Source: Gemmatimonadota bacterium (lineage in GTDB: Bacteria; Gemmatimonadota; Gemmatimonadetes; Palauibacterales; Palauibacteraceae). Taken from it: 64,000 nucleotides of DNA. Where the stretch lies: contig JBDHAC010000006.1 in the NCBI GenBank assembly GCA_039588275.1, positions 32,001 through 96,000 of the forward strand, given 5' to 3'. The stretch's first letter is position 1; each line of letters begins with the position of its first letter. The translations under genes were made by a program, and so were the position numbers. Below the pieces are notes generated by a model. The model did not search any database and was not told the DNA's origin. It worked only from the letters and a program-made list of their open reading frames with translations. Positions 29,001 to 38,396 of this stretch are shown piece after piece.

Positions 29001-29705
29001 TCAGCTCTCGGTGCCCGGGTCCCCTGCCTGGAGCCGAGCGCGGGCCTGCCGCTCGGCCTTGAGCCTCTTGCGTGCCTGCCGATCGGTCTCGCCGGAGAGT
29101 CGTTCCTTGATGTCCACCCCGGCCATCATCGCGAAGCCGTTCACCTTGATGACCGGTGCGTCAGGGTTGGCGGGCCGGCTCGGCTCCTCGGCCCCGAACC
29201 CGCCCATGATCGCCACTCCGCTGGACTCGACCCGCACGCCGGGCGGGACGATGATATCGACACCGCCCATCAACGAGATCACGGTCACCCGGGTGACGGG
29301 TGAGGCAAAATCGGCGTCGCGGAAGTCGAGCTCGGCGCCACCCATGATCGCGAGCACGGTGAGCTGCTTGGGCGGCGTCCACATCCCCTTCCGCTCTACT
29401 CCCCCCATGACCGCGACGAGGAAGTCGCGCTCGCTGACGGGGAGCGTCGGATCTACGACGACCGGAGGAACGGCGGGATGCAGCTCGGACTTGGCGGGAG
29501 GCGCGCCCGGCTCGACCAGCGCGGGGAGGTCCGACTCGAGCGCCACGAGCTCCGTCTTCTCGCGCGCCGCGTAGGCGAGGTCCAGACGGCGTTCGAAGTC
29601 ATCCACGCCGAGGTGATCGCGCGCGAAATGCGTGCACAGCCGCTTGACGACCCGCTCTCGCTCCTGAGGCGTGATCGGCTGGGCCGGAAGATGGTCGTCC
29701 GTCAT
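29001..29705 (-). CDS. DUF1707 (SHOCT-like) + LiaF-like C-terminal domain protein
   Basis: ERERVVKRL..HFA..L..DDFERRL...SDLP, followed by MGGAELDFR and MGGVDIIVPPG. Confidence 0.85.
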   Translation of the reverse strand: MTDDHLPAQPITPQERERVVKRLCTHFARDHLGVDDFERRLDLAYAAREKTELVALESDLPALVEPGAPPAKSELHPAVPPVVVDPTLPVSERDFLVAVMGGVERKGMWTPPKQLTVLAIMGGAELDFRDADFASPVTRVTVISLMGGVDIIVPPGVRVESSGVAIMGGFGAEEPSRPANPDAPVIKVNGFAMMAGVDIKERLSGETDRQARKRLKAERQARARLQAGDPGTES

Positions 29706-29859
29706 CGTTCGTTCGTCATCGGTTGATTCTCTGCAAGCTCCCGTGGTCGGGCAAGCTGGCCCTCTCCGCGTCCGGATCGTGAGCCGAAGTCGGGACGGGG
29801 ACCGACATCGCTTGCCCGGGAGGCGACCGGGCTCCAGAATACGCGTCATACTACTGGCG

Positions 29860-30108
29860 CCCTATCGTGAAACCTTGTGAAAGGAGGTGATCCAGTGTCT
29901 GATGGGAGTAGACCGGGTCTAACTCGACACGGGCAAGCGATCGCCTCAGCGCAGGAGTAGCACACCGGACTCGGGAAAGTTGCGTTGAGTTGACCACACG
30001 CCGACCTGATCAGGAGCGAGCCCCGGCTGGGCATCGCGTCGAGTTAGGTCCGAACTGAACACGACGGCCGCAGGCGCGACACGAGCCTGCGGCCGTCGTG
30101 TATTCGAT
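29860..30108 (+). ncRNA. Candidate structured RNA / small-ORF leader with extended 16S-complementary tract
   Basis: GAAAGGAGGTGATCCAG at 29879-29895; helices 29915-29928/30038-30051, 29937-29941/30033-30037 and 29943-29950/30026-30032; terminal 17-bp hairpin; 21-codon ORF 29895-29960. Confidence 0.5.
30059..30101. terminator. 17-bp perfect hairpin (terminator/attenuator) upstream of dapF
   Basis: ACACGACGGCCGCAGGC (30059-30075) / GCCTGCGGCCGTCGTGT (30085-30101); U-tract is weak. Confidence 0.7.
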
Positions 30109-30151
30109 ATCCAGCGGAGCCGTGGTCGAGACCGCGGAAGGTTCAGGGTAC

Positions 30152-30955
30152 ATGCCTCGCTTCAGCAAATACACCGGCGCGGGGAACGACTTCGCCCTCG
30201 TGCGCGCGGAGGAGGTGGGTATGGGCGATCCCTCGGGCCTGTCTCGCAGGATCTGCCCCCGGGAAACCGGTGTCGGCGTCGACGGCTTGATTCTCGTCCG
30301 CAGCCTGTCCGACGACCACATTCGATTGCGCTTCTTCAACCCCGACGGGTCCGAGTTCGGGACGTGCGGCAACGGCAGTCGGTGTGCGGCCCGGTACGCC
30401 GTGGAACGAGGCCTGGTGCCGGAGCCCGAACTGACGCTCGTGACGGACGACGGTGAGATCGATGCGCGCGTCGGGGAGGAGGTCGTCGCGCTCGACTACC
30501 GCATCGAAGCCGTGCTCGAGCGTGAGGTCCGGGTAGAGGTCGCGGGCTCCGGCCGGAAAGGGTGGCTGGTGCAGATCGGCACGCCCCATCTCGTGGTCCT
30601 GCTCGACTCCGTCGAGCTCCCGGACTTCGACTCCGCCTGTCGGCCGATCCGGTCCCACGCGGAGCTGGGCTCAGAGGGGGCCAACGTCGACCTGGTCGCC
30701 GCCACCGGTACCGATTCGGTCTCGATCCGCACGTTCGAACGGGGGGTCGAGGGCGAGACCCTGGCCTGTGGTAGCGGCGCAATGGCTACCGCGCTCGCGC
30801 TCCGAGCGGCCGGTCTGTCGAACAAGCGGCTCACCCTCGAGACGCGGAGCGGGGCCGCGCTCACCGTCGAGCTGCGCGACCGCGAATCGCTCATCCGGCT
30901 CTCCGGACCCGCACGACACGTGTTCGACGGCGTCTACCCCGACACCGCCGAGTGA
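30152..30955 (+). CDS. dapF: Diaminopimelate epimerase
   Basis: FSKYTGAGNDF, GVDGLI, NPDGS..CGNGSRC and ERGVEGETLACGSG. Confidence 0.95.
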   Translation: MPRFSKYTGAGNDFALVRAEEVGMGDPSGLSRRICPRETGVGVDGLILVRSLSDDHIRLRFFNPDGSEFGTCGNGSRCAARYAVERGLVPEPELTLVTDDGEIDARVGEEVVALDYRIEAVLEREVRVEVAGSGRKGWLVQIGTPHLVVLLDSVELPDFDSACRPIRSHAELGSEGANVDLVAATGTDSVSIRTFERGVEGETLACGSGAMATALALRAAGLSNKRLTLETRSGAALTVELRDRESLIRLSGPARHVFDGVYPDTAE

Positions 30956-32055
30956 CCTCCAGGGCTCCGCCCTCCACACATCCGCAGCGGGTGGCCTCTC
31001 ACCTCCTCGATTGGTACGAGAGGCACGAGCGTGACGTGCCCTGGAGAGACGAGCGGGATCCGTACCGGATCTGGGTCGCCGAGATCATGGCGCAGCAGAC
31101 CCGCATCGATACCGTCCGTCCGTTTTACCTCCGCTTTCTGAACCGCTTCCCGGACATCTACGCGCTCGCGGAGGCTCGGCTGGACGCCGTGCTCAAGTCC
31201 TGGGAAGGGTTGGGGTACTACGCGCGGGCGAGAAACCTCCACGCTGCCGCGCGGGAGATCGTGGCCGACTATGGAGGCGCGCTCCCTCGAGACCCGGATC
31301 GGCTGCGCCAACTCCCGGGGATCGGACCGTACACGGCGGGGGCGATCGCGAGCATGGCGTTCGAGCGCAGGGAACCGGCGGTCGATGGTAACGCACGCCG
31401 TGTGCTGTCTCGCCTGTTCGATCTCGAGGCGCCCACGGGCGCGGTCCTCGATGCCAGCGCCCGGGAGCTTCTGGCATGGTGTGCGCGCCGACCGGCTCGG
31501 CTCAACCAGGCGCTCATGGACCTGGGCGGCGCGATCTGCACGCCGAGGCAGCCACGATGCGGTGATTGCCCGCTCGAGAACGATTGCCTGGCGCGGGCGC
31601 GCGACACGGTCTCGGAGCGCCCCGTCCGACGGCCTCGGGAGCCGCTCCCACACTACGATGTGGCCGTCGGCGTGGTCTCGAAGGACAGTCGTCTCCTGAT
31701 CGCGCGCCGACCCGAGGATGCCCTGCTGGGCGGCCTTTGGGAGTTCCCGGGTGGGAAGATCGAGCCGCACGAGACTGCTCCCGCCGCGGTGGAGCGCGAG
31801 CTACGCGAGGAACTGGAAGTGGAGGTTCGGGCTCGGGAGCTCATTGGCCGTGTGCAGCACGCGTACAGCCATTTCCGCGTCACCCTGCACACCTACCATG
31901 CGGACTGGGTGTCCGGTGAGCCGCGGCCCCACGCGGCGACGGCCTGGCTGTGGGTCGAACCGAACCGGCTGGAGGAGTTCGCGTTTCCAAAGGGAAGCCT
32001 GCGGATTATCGAGCTGGTGCGTCGACGGGCGGAGGTCATCGACCCGGCGGAATAA
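30952..32055 (+). CDS. mutY: A/G-specific adenine glycosylase with C-terminal Nudix domain
   Basis: EIMAQQT, WEGLGYY, LPGIGPYTAGA, VDGN and the 4Fe-4S motif C-x6-C-x2-C-x5-C. Confidence 0.96.
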   Translation: MTSRAPPSTHPQRVASHLLDWYERHERDVPWRDERDPYRIWVAEIMAQQTRIDTVRPFYLRFLNRFPDIYALAEARLDAVLKSWEGLGYYARARNLHAAAREIVADYGGALPRDPDRLRQLPGIGPYTAGAIASMAFERREPAVDGNARRVLSRLFDLEAPTGAVLDASARELLAWCARRPARLNQALMDLGGAICTPRQPRCGDCPLENDCLARARDTVSERPVRRPREPLPHYDVAVGVVSKDSRLLIARRPEDALLGGLWEFPGGKIEPHETAPAAVERELREELEVEVRARELIGRVQHAYSHFRVTLHTYHADWVSGEPRPHAATAWLWVEPNRLEEFAFPKGSLRIIELVRRRAEVIDPAE

Positions 32056-32087
32056 CGCGCGGGAGGGGTGTACAACGCCGACTCCGC

Positions 32088-32867
32088 CTACCGACCTCCC
32101 CCGAGCTCGTCCGCGAGCCCCGCACCTAACTCTCTCACGTACTCCAGGTGTGCCCGGACCGAGAGGTCCGCGGCCTCGGCCACGCGCGGATCGGGCAGGT
32201 CGCCGTACACCGCCGCACGTATCTCCGCCACCGTGCGCGCACCCCGAACCGTGATGGCTTCCACGATCTCGCGCTGCCGTTCCAGGCGATGATCGCGGTA
32301 CTCCTCGAGCTTGCCGATGGCGTCTTCCACGGGAGGGCCGTGACCGGGGAAAAGGATCATCGGAGCGAGCTCGATGAGTCGGTTCAGGCTTGCCAGGTAG
32401 TCGGCGACCGAGCCGTCGGGGTGCGCGACCATGCTGCTCCCCTCACCCAGCACCAGGTCGCCCGTGAACAGCGCCCGCGTGGGGTGCCACAGGTAGCTCA
32501 AGCCGTCGCCGGAATGGCCGGGGGTGTGGAGCGCTTCGAGCGAGGTTTTCCCGGAATCCACCTCGATCACGTCGCCGTCGGCGAGCGATCGGCCGCGAAG
32601 GCCCAGCCGCCGCAGCGTCTCGGCCGACGCGGCTACCGGGGCACCGAGCCGCGCCATCAACTCGCTCGCCGCATCTGCATGGTCCGCGTGCGCGTGTGTG
32701 AGGCAGATCGTCGTGGGACGCTCCTTCGCCGCGCGTTGGAGCAACGCCAGATGCGGGTCCAGCGCCGGGCCCGGGTCGATCAGCACGAGCTGGCTCTCTC
32801 CGAGCAGGTAAGAGCACGTGCCATCCAGCGTGAGCGGCCCGGGGTTGCTCGCCCGGATGCGCTGCAA
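32088..32867 (-). CDS. MBL-fold hydrolase (LACTB2-like)
   Basis: NPGPLTLDGT, THAHADH, TPGHSGD, FTGD and PGHG. Confidence 0.9.
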   Translation of the reverse strand: MQRIRASNPGPLTLDGTCSYLLGESQLVLIDPGPALDPHLALLQRAAKERPTTICLTHAHADHADAASELMARLGAPVAASAETLRRLGLRGRSLADGDVIEVDSGKTSLEALHTPGHSGDGLSYLWHPTRALFTGDLVLGEGSSMVAHPDGSVADYLASLNRLIELAPMILFPGHGPPVEDAIGKLEEYRDHRLERQREIVEAITVRGARTVAEIRAAVYGDLPDPRVAEAADLSVRAHLEYVRELGAGLADELGGGR

Positions 32868-32899
32868 CTCCGGCCGGAGCCGATCCGACGACGGCGATT

Positions 32900-33724
32900 C
32901 TATGGCGCCTCCTCATAGCCCGGATCCCCGGGCATGAGGGGAAGGAAGCGGTCGCCGCGCACCTCCAGCTTGGCGAGGATGGGCTCGACCTTCCGCCTTC
33001 CCAGAGACTCCAGCGCCCCGCGGAGGGTGTCGAAGCCGGCCAGGGCCTCGAGCGTCTTCCAGGTCGGGTACAGCATCGGGAGCTCGCCCGCACGAAGCCC
33101 CTCGAGCGCCGCGCACGGAGAGGCCCAGATGTGGGCGGTATGCTCGCCGGTCAGCTCGGGTGGCCCACCCGTGCCCCGCGCCAGAAAGAAGCGCGTGTCG
33201 TAGCGGCGTGTCAGCTGGCGGGGCGTGATCCAGCGGGAGAAGTAGACCGCTTCGAGGTTGCGAAACGTGAGGACCAACTCGGTCACGAGCACGCTGAAGT
33301 CGATCTCGCCCGCCAGCAGTCGTGCGCGGGCTCGCCGCACCGCTGTATCGGCCTGTGCGGCGCTCGCGCCGAGCTGGTCCGCCGGTAGCAGGCCCGTCTC
33401 CTCGAACAGCTCCCTGAGCGCGGCCACCAGCGCGGCCCGCTCGGCGCCGGCATGGTCGGGCCGGAGCACCTGCTGCAGGGCTGTATCCCCGTCCGCCTCA
33501 TCGATGACGCCTCCGGGGAATACGTAGGCGCCGGCCGCGAAACGCGCGGTGTCGGGTCGACGGAGAAGCAGCACCTCGAACCGGTCGCGGTCCGCCTCGC
33601 GCGCGAGCACGATCGTCGCGGCGGGGCGGGGGTCGACGGGCTGCTCGCCTGGCGCTATGTGGCCGCGTGCGAACTCCTGACGTTCGATTTGCTCGACGCG
33701 CGCCGCTTTGCCGCCGCCGGTCAT
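32900..33724 (-). CDS. NUDIX hydrolase (NUDT19-like)
   Basis: PRPAAT, VFPGG, ALRELFEETG and RWITP...RRYDTRFF. Confidence 0.9.
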   Translation of the reverse strand: MTGGGKAARVEQIERQEFARGHIAPGEQPVDPRPAATIVLAREADRDRFEVLLLRRPDTARFAAGAYVFPGGVIDEADGDTALQQVLRPDHAGAERAALVAALRELFEETGLLPADQLGASAAQADTAVRRARARLLAGEIDFSVLVTELVLTFRNLEAVYFSRWITPRQLTRRYDTRFFLARGTGGPPELTGEHTAHIWASPCAALEGLRAGELPMLYPTWKTLEALAGFDTLRGALESLGRRKVEPILAKLEVRGDRFLPLMPGDPGYEEAP

Positions 33725-33789
33725 GCGGTGGTCGCCTGCTGCGTCATCCGTGTCATCCGTCGGTCTGGCGACCCGTCACCCGGCCGTGC

Positions 33790-34542
33790 TCACGGAAGGT
33801 CCTGGAGAGGGAGCCCCTCCGCCATCCGCCACACCATGGCCACGATAAGCACCATCAGGGTCAGCAGGAGCCCTACGGGGATGAGGACCACGGCAGCCGC
33901 CCGGCCTCCCGTCGTCCGGTGCGCCTCTCGGATACCGATGATCTCCAGCACCATCCCCCAGACAAACCCTATGAGACCGCCGATGTACGGGACGACCGTG
34001 AAGACCGCCGGACCGGCGCTGTAGCACAGGACGCGGAGCGTGGCACCCAGACCGCGTCGCGTCGGGATGATCATGAGCACGAAGAGCTGCACGATGAGGC
34101 ACCAGATGACGAGGCCCAGCAATCCGGCGAACGGGCTCATGAAGAACTGCGTGAGCGCCGAGGGGCCCCGGAGGCCGTCGGCCGCCTCGTCGAACAGCGG
34201 GACGGACTCCAGTCCGGCGGCCTGCCACCAGAGTGTGAACAACGCCGCCACGACCGTCAGGATCAGGAAATAGAGCAGCGGTCGGAGAGCGGGGGCTTCG
34301 TACGGGACGCCTCGGAAGAAACGGCCGGGTTCCAGGATGCTGTCGCGCCACGTCCGCAGGATGTTCCGCGGGAATGGAACGTCGTCCTCCCAGGCTGGGG
34401 GGCTGGGCACCGCGGTGTCGCGCTCAGCGAGGTCGGTGGCGCCTGCCTTCGGCCCCCCAGCCCCTCCGCGCAGCGGGCTGCTGCACAGGGGGCAACTGTC
34501 GAGCCCCGTGCTCTCGTACCCGCAGTGAGGGCAAGTGGTCAT
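33790..34542 (-). CDS. YIP1-family membrane protein with N-terminal zinc ribbon
   Basis: CPHC..CPLC, PAWE, PGRFF and about 5 TM helices. Confidence 0.82.
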   Translation of the reverse strand: MTTCPHCGYESTGLDSCPLCSSPLRGGAGGPKAGATDLAERDTAVPSPPAWEDDVPFPRNILRTWRDSILEPGRFFRGVPYEAPALRPLLYFLILTVVAALFTLWWQAAGLESVPLFDEAADGLRGPSALTQFFMSPFAGLLGLVIWCLIVQLFVLMIIPTRRGLGATLRVLCYSAGPAVFTVVPYIGGLIGFVWGMVLEIIGIREAHRTTGGRAAAVVLIPVGLLLTLMVLIVAMVWRMAEGLPLQDLP

Positions 34543-34597
34543 CGCGCGGGTCCTGCAGGCTTCCGGCCCCAGTCCATCCGCGCGCGCACGGACTCGA

Positions 34598-35701
34598 TCA
34601 GTCCAACAACCGCAGCGGCATCACCAGGCACAGATAATCCGGCTGTCCGCTCGCGGGCGAGAAGGTGGCGGCCCGCTCCGGCGCCTTGAAGGTCATGCGG
34701 ACATCCTCGTCCGGCAGGTAGCGAAGAATCTCGAGCAGGTACGTCGCGTTGAACCCGATCTCGAGCGGGTCGCCCCGATACTCCAGCTCCAGCTCGTCTT
34801 CCGCTTCGCCGAGGTCGGGGGTCTGCACTCGGAACTTCAGCACGCCCTCCTCGAAACTGAGACGTACGCGGTGCGTCTGATCGCTGGCTACGACCGCCAT
34901 CCTCCGGATGGCCGCCTCGAACCCGGCCCGATTGGCGACCGCTTCCTTATCGTTATCCTTCGGGATGACCTGGTCATAGTTCGGGTACGGGCCCTCGATC
35001 AGACGCGTGTATACGACGCGGTCGGCCGACCGGAACGCCAGGTGGTTCTCCGAGCGCGCCAGCTCCAGCTCGTCCTTGGCGTCGTACAGCCGCTCCACCT
35101 GATTGAGCGCCTTCGGGGGGATGATCAGATCAGCCTCCGGGGCACCGCTACCCTCGAGCGCCTGGCGCATCTTCGCCAACCGATGGCCGTTCGTCGCCAC
35201 CATCACGCTTCCGTCCGGTCCCAGCTGCCACAGCACGCCGTTCAGGATCGGCCGGCTCTCCTCGGTCGAGACCGCGAAGCTCGTGTGCGAAATGAGCTGC
35301 TGCAGGTCACCCGCCGTCATCTTCCACGCCTCCGTGAAGTCGACCTCGGGGAAGCTCGGGAATTCATCCTCCGCCAATCCGTACAGCGTGAAACGGCTAC
35401 GGCCGCAAGCGAGCTGTACCTGCGTACCGTCCGCCTCGATGTGGACGGGAGCATCGTCGAGCTCGCGCGCGATCTCGACCAACTTCTTTGCCGGAACCGT
35501 AACAGCACCTTCGGCCTCGACATCCGCGGGCACCGATAGCGAGACCGAGATGTCCAGATCGGTACCGCTCAGCTGTAGGCTGCCATCGCTCGCCCGCATC
35601 AGGATGTTAGAGAGAACTGGCAGCGTCGTGCGAGTTGGAATTGCCGCGGCTACGGCGCCGAGGCCGCTCCGCAGGTTCTCGCGAGTGATGGCGAATTTCA
35701 T
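34598..35701 (-). CDS. dnaN: DNA polymerase III beta clamp
   Basis: SRPILNG, VATNGHRL, GPYPNY and LVMPLR. Confidence 0.98.
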   Translation of the reverse strand: MKFAITRENLRSGLGAVAAAIPTRTTLPVLSNILMRASDGSLQLSGTDLDISVSLSVPADVEAEGAVTVPAKKLVEIARELDDAPVHIEADGTQVQLACGRSRFTLYGLAEDEFPSFPEVDFTEAWKMTAGDLQQLISHTSFAVSTEESRPILNGVLWQLGPDGSVMVATNGHRLAKMRQALEGSGAPEADLIIPPKALNQVERLYDAKDELELARSENHLAFRSADRVVYTRLIEGPYPNYDQVIPKDNDKEAVANRAGFEAAIRRMAVVASDQTHRVRLSFEEGVLKFRVQTPDLGEAEDELELEYRGDPLEIGFNATYLLEILRYLPDEDVRMTFKAPERAATFSPASGQPDYLCLVMPLRLLD

Positions 35702-35785
35702 CTGCGCTCCGGTACCGTCCTACCCGGCCTTCGACCGAGCTCCGGGACGGGCATCAAGGTTTTCAAGGTCGGTGTCTTAGAGGGC

Positions 35786-35983
35786 TGTATGATATATGTA
35801 ACCTCGTCGTAGTAGTAGGGTGTGTGAAGATGTGGATACACCCCGGATCTCGGCCGTACACGAAGGCGGACGAGGAGATGTAGCTGTGGAAACGTTCGGG
35901 ATCCGCGTCGAAGGTCCGGGGGATGCCGATACGATCCGGGGGCGAGCCCTCGAATACTCCACACCCTCCACGCGCTCTCAACA
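35786..35983. other. oriC: Chromosomal replication origin oriC
   Basis: Lies between dnaA and dnaN. Minus strand reads GTATCCACA-T-CTTCACACA-CCC-TACTACTACGAC-AT-rich (two boxes, GC spacer, DnaA-trios, DUE); further degenerate boxes at 35885, 35955 and 35975; gene strand bias flips here. Confidence 0.85.
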
Positions 35984-36006
35984 AGTTCCCCTACGAACGG
36001 TTCCGC

Positions 36007-37398
36007 TCAGCGCTTGAAGAGCTCCTCCTGAAGGTGACGCACGCGAGAGCGGAAGGCCGCGTCGGCCGCCATGTCCGCTTCCACCTTGTTGACCGAGTGG
36101 ATGACGGTGGAGTGGTCCCGTCCCCCGAACAGGTCACCGATGTCGGAGTAGGGCAGGTCCAGGTTCGTCTTGATCAGGTACATGGCGACCTGGCGGGGAA
36201 TCGTCACGGTCCGATTCCGACGCTTCGACGTTAGCGCGTCGACCGAGACACCCCACACCTCGGCCGTCCGGAGCCGCACCTGCTCGGGAGAGGCGAGCAC
36301 GATGGTCAGCTCCTCCTCGCGATCCGGACCCAGCGCGTCGCGCGCCATGTCCAGCGTGATGTCACGCCGAGTCAGCGAGCTGAAAGCCAGGAGCTTGATG
36401 AGCGCTCCTTCGAGCTGGCGCACGGATGTCCGCCGATTGCGGGCCACGTACTCGATCACCTCATCGTCGATCTGCAGTCCGTCCTCGGCCGCCTTCTTGC
36501 GCAGGATGGCGGCACGCGTCTCGAGATCGGGCGGCTGGATATCCGTGACGAGACCCCACTCGAAACGAGACACCAGCCGTTCCTGGAGACCCGGGATCTC
36601 GGGCGGGGGGCGGTCGCTCGTTATGACGATCTGCTTTTGGGCGTCGTACAAGGAGTTGAAGGTGTGGAAGAACTCCTCCTGCGTCCCCTCCTTGTTGCCG
36701 ATGAAATGGACATCGTCCACCAGCAGGACGTCGATGCGGCGATATCGCTCTCGGAAGTCGGCAGTGCGGCCGCTCTGGATGGCCGCGATCATCTCGTTGG
36801 TGAACTGCTCCGATGGGACGTACGCGATCTTCTTCTCCGAGAACCGCTCGCGGATCGCGTGGCCGATCGCGTGCATGAGGTGGGTCTTGCCCAGGCCGGT
36901 GCCGCCCCAGATGAACAGCGGGTTGTAGGCGGTTGCCGGTGCGCTGGCGACGCGCTGACACGCCGCCGCGGCGAGCTGGTTGTTCCCGCCGATGACGAAG
37001 CGGTCGAACTTGTAGCGCTCGTTGAGGGCGGAAGCCGCCGCCGGGGGGCTGACCTCCAGTCGTTCCCGGGCGGGCGTCGGTCCGGCGGATTCGGCCGCGG
37101 ACGGCTCGCCCTCGGGTCCGATCTCGGGGAACTCCAGACGCTCGTCGGTGCCGTGGTGCTCGAAGCGGAGCTGGAGCACGCGGCCGAGCTGACGTTCCGA
37201 AAGGTCGCGCAAGAGTTGACCGTACTTATCCTCGATCCACTCGACCGCGAATTTCGTGGGTGCCGCCACGACCAGCGTGTCGTCCGATAGCGACACGGCT
37301 TCCGTGGAGGACAGCCACGTACGGAACGTCTGCTCTGGAAGGACGCTCTTGGCGTCCGCCCGTATCCTGGTCCAGACTTCGCTCGCCGTCAGTTCCAT
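36007..37398 (-). CDS. dnaA: Chromosomal replication initiator DnaA
   Basis: YNPLFIWGGTGLGKTHL, QEEFFHTFN and GGRDHSTV. Confidence 0.99.
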   Translation of the reverse strand: MELTASEVWTRIRADAKSVLPEQTFRTWLSSTEAVSLSDDTLVVAAPTKFAVEWIEDKYGQLLRDLSERQLGRVLQLRFEHHGTDERLEFPEIGPEGEPSAAESAGPTPARERLEVSPPAAASALNERYKFDRFVIGGNNQLAAAACQRVASAPATAYNPLFIWGGTGLGKTHLMHAIGHAIRERFSEKKIAYVPSEQFTNEMIAAIQSGRTADFRERYRRIDVLLVDDVHFIGNKEGTQEEFFHTFNSLYDAQKQIVITSDRPPPEIPGLQERLVSRFEWGLVTDIQPPDLETRAAILRKKAAEDGLQIDDEVIEYVARNRRTSVRQLEGALIKLLAFSSLTRRDITLDMARDALGPDREEELTIVLASPEQVRLRTAEVWGVSVDALTSKRRNRTVTIPRQVAMYLIKTNLDLPYSDIGDLFGGRDHSTVIHSVNKVEADMAADAAFRSRVRHLQEELFKR

Positions 37399-37440
37399 CG
37401 GCCGAGGTTGAAACGGTGGAAGATCGAGACGGGGGGAATG

Positions 37441-37526
37441 ATCTTAGAGACCGCATCCGGCGACTGTCAAACCACGCGGACAAGCGGCTCGTCTAGATTG
37501 ACACTTCACGAGGTTTCGTCTACACT
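37441..37526. promoter_or_regulatory. Divergent sigma70 promoters for dnaA and rpmH
   Basis: Minus strand TTGACA(37465-37470)-18-TAAGAT(37441-37446); plus strand TTGACA(37498-37503)-17-TACACT(37521-37526). Confidence 0.75.
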
Positions 37527-37583
37527 AGTTGGCTCGACCCGGGTATGGGTCCGCGCGTGAGATTGGCGTGAGAAGGAAGCTCG

Positions 37584-37757
37584 ATGGGCAAGCCTACATA
37601 TCACAAGCCGACGAACCGGAAACGGATCAAGGACCACGGCTTCCGGGCCCGCATGAAGACCAAGGCGGGGCGAAAGGTTCTGTCGCGACGGCGTCGCAGG
37701 GGGCGCAGCCGTCTAACCGTCAGTGACGAGCTTCACCGCAAACGCCGGAGCCGCTAA
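37584..37757 (+). CDS. rpmH: 50S ribosomal protein L34 (absent from the ORF track)
   Basis: Own translation: [57 protein letters not shown], with the HGFRARM motif; synteny. Confidence 0.96.
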   Translation: MGKPTYHKPTNRKRIKDHGFRARMKTKAGRKVLSRRRRRGRSRLTVSDELHRKRRSR

Positions 37758-38139
37758 GGCGGAGCCGTCGTCGCGGCCTACCGGGGAACGCTTACCTCGC
37801 TCGTCGCGCGTCCGTCGCTCACGTGAGATCCGACGCGTTCTCCGCGACGGACGACGCCTCCGAGGAAGCCTGGTGGATTTGTATACAGCGACTTCGGAGC
37901 GTCACGGCGCTCGCGTAGGCGTGATCGTGCCGCGCTTCGGCCGATCCGCGGTGGCCCGCAATCGAGTCCGACGTCGGTTGAAGGAAATCGCGCGGAAGGA
38001 TTGGCTCCCGCTCGCTCATCGGACGGGCACCGACCTGGACCTCATCTTGAGAGCTCGTCCACCCGCCTACGAGAGCTCGTTCAAGCAGCTTCGAGGCGCG
38101 CTCCTGCCGAGTTTCGAATCGCTATGCTCCGGAGATTGA
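37723..38139 (+). CDS. rnpA: Ribonuclease P protein component
   Basis: [22 protein letters not shown] (RNR motif); located after rpmH. Confidence 0.92.
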   Translation: MTSFTANAGAAKAEPSSRPTGERLPRSSRVRRSREIRRVLRDGRRLRGSLVDLYTATSERHGARVGVIVPRFGRSAVARNRVRRRLKEIARKDWLPLAHRTGTDLDLILRARPPAYESSFKQLRGALLPSFESLCSGD

Positions 38140-38396
38140 TCGTCGGCCTGATCCGCGCGTACCAGGCGGGCATCTCACCGCTACTGCCTGCGACGTGCCG
38201 GTACACCCCGAGTTGTTCCGAATACGCGCGGTTGGCGGTGGAGCGCTTCGGGGCCGGCCGCGGGAGCTGGCTCGCGCTGCGACGGATCCTTCGTTGCCAC
38301 CCGTTTGGCGGCGCCGGCCTGGATCCGGTCCCGGGTTCCGCCAGGGGCGATGACGGCGGCCCCGCCGGACATCGTCCCTCGAGAGCCGACGCCTGA
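38124..38396 (+). CDS. yidD: Membrane protein insertion efficiency factor YidD
   Basis: [10 protein letters not shown] and [13 protein letters not shown]. Confidence 0.95.
   Translation: MLRRLIVGLIRAYQAGISPLLPATCRYTPSCSEYARLAVERFGAGRGSWLALRRILRCHPFGGAGLDPVPGSARGDDGGPAGHRPSRADA

Noticed and set aside
29879..29895. 16S rRNA gene fragment on the minus strand
   Set aside because: The match stops after about 17 nt; the flanks do not continue as 16S (GTGTCTG instead of GCCGCA).
29860..30110. Lysine riboswitch upstream of dapF
   Set aside because: AGTA motifs are present, but I could not find the lysine aptamer's AGAGG start or five-way junction; a cmscan would settle it.
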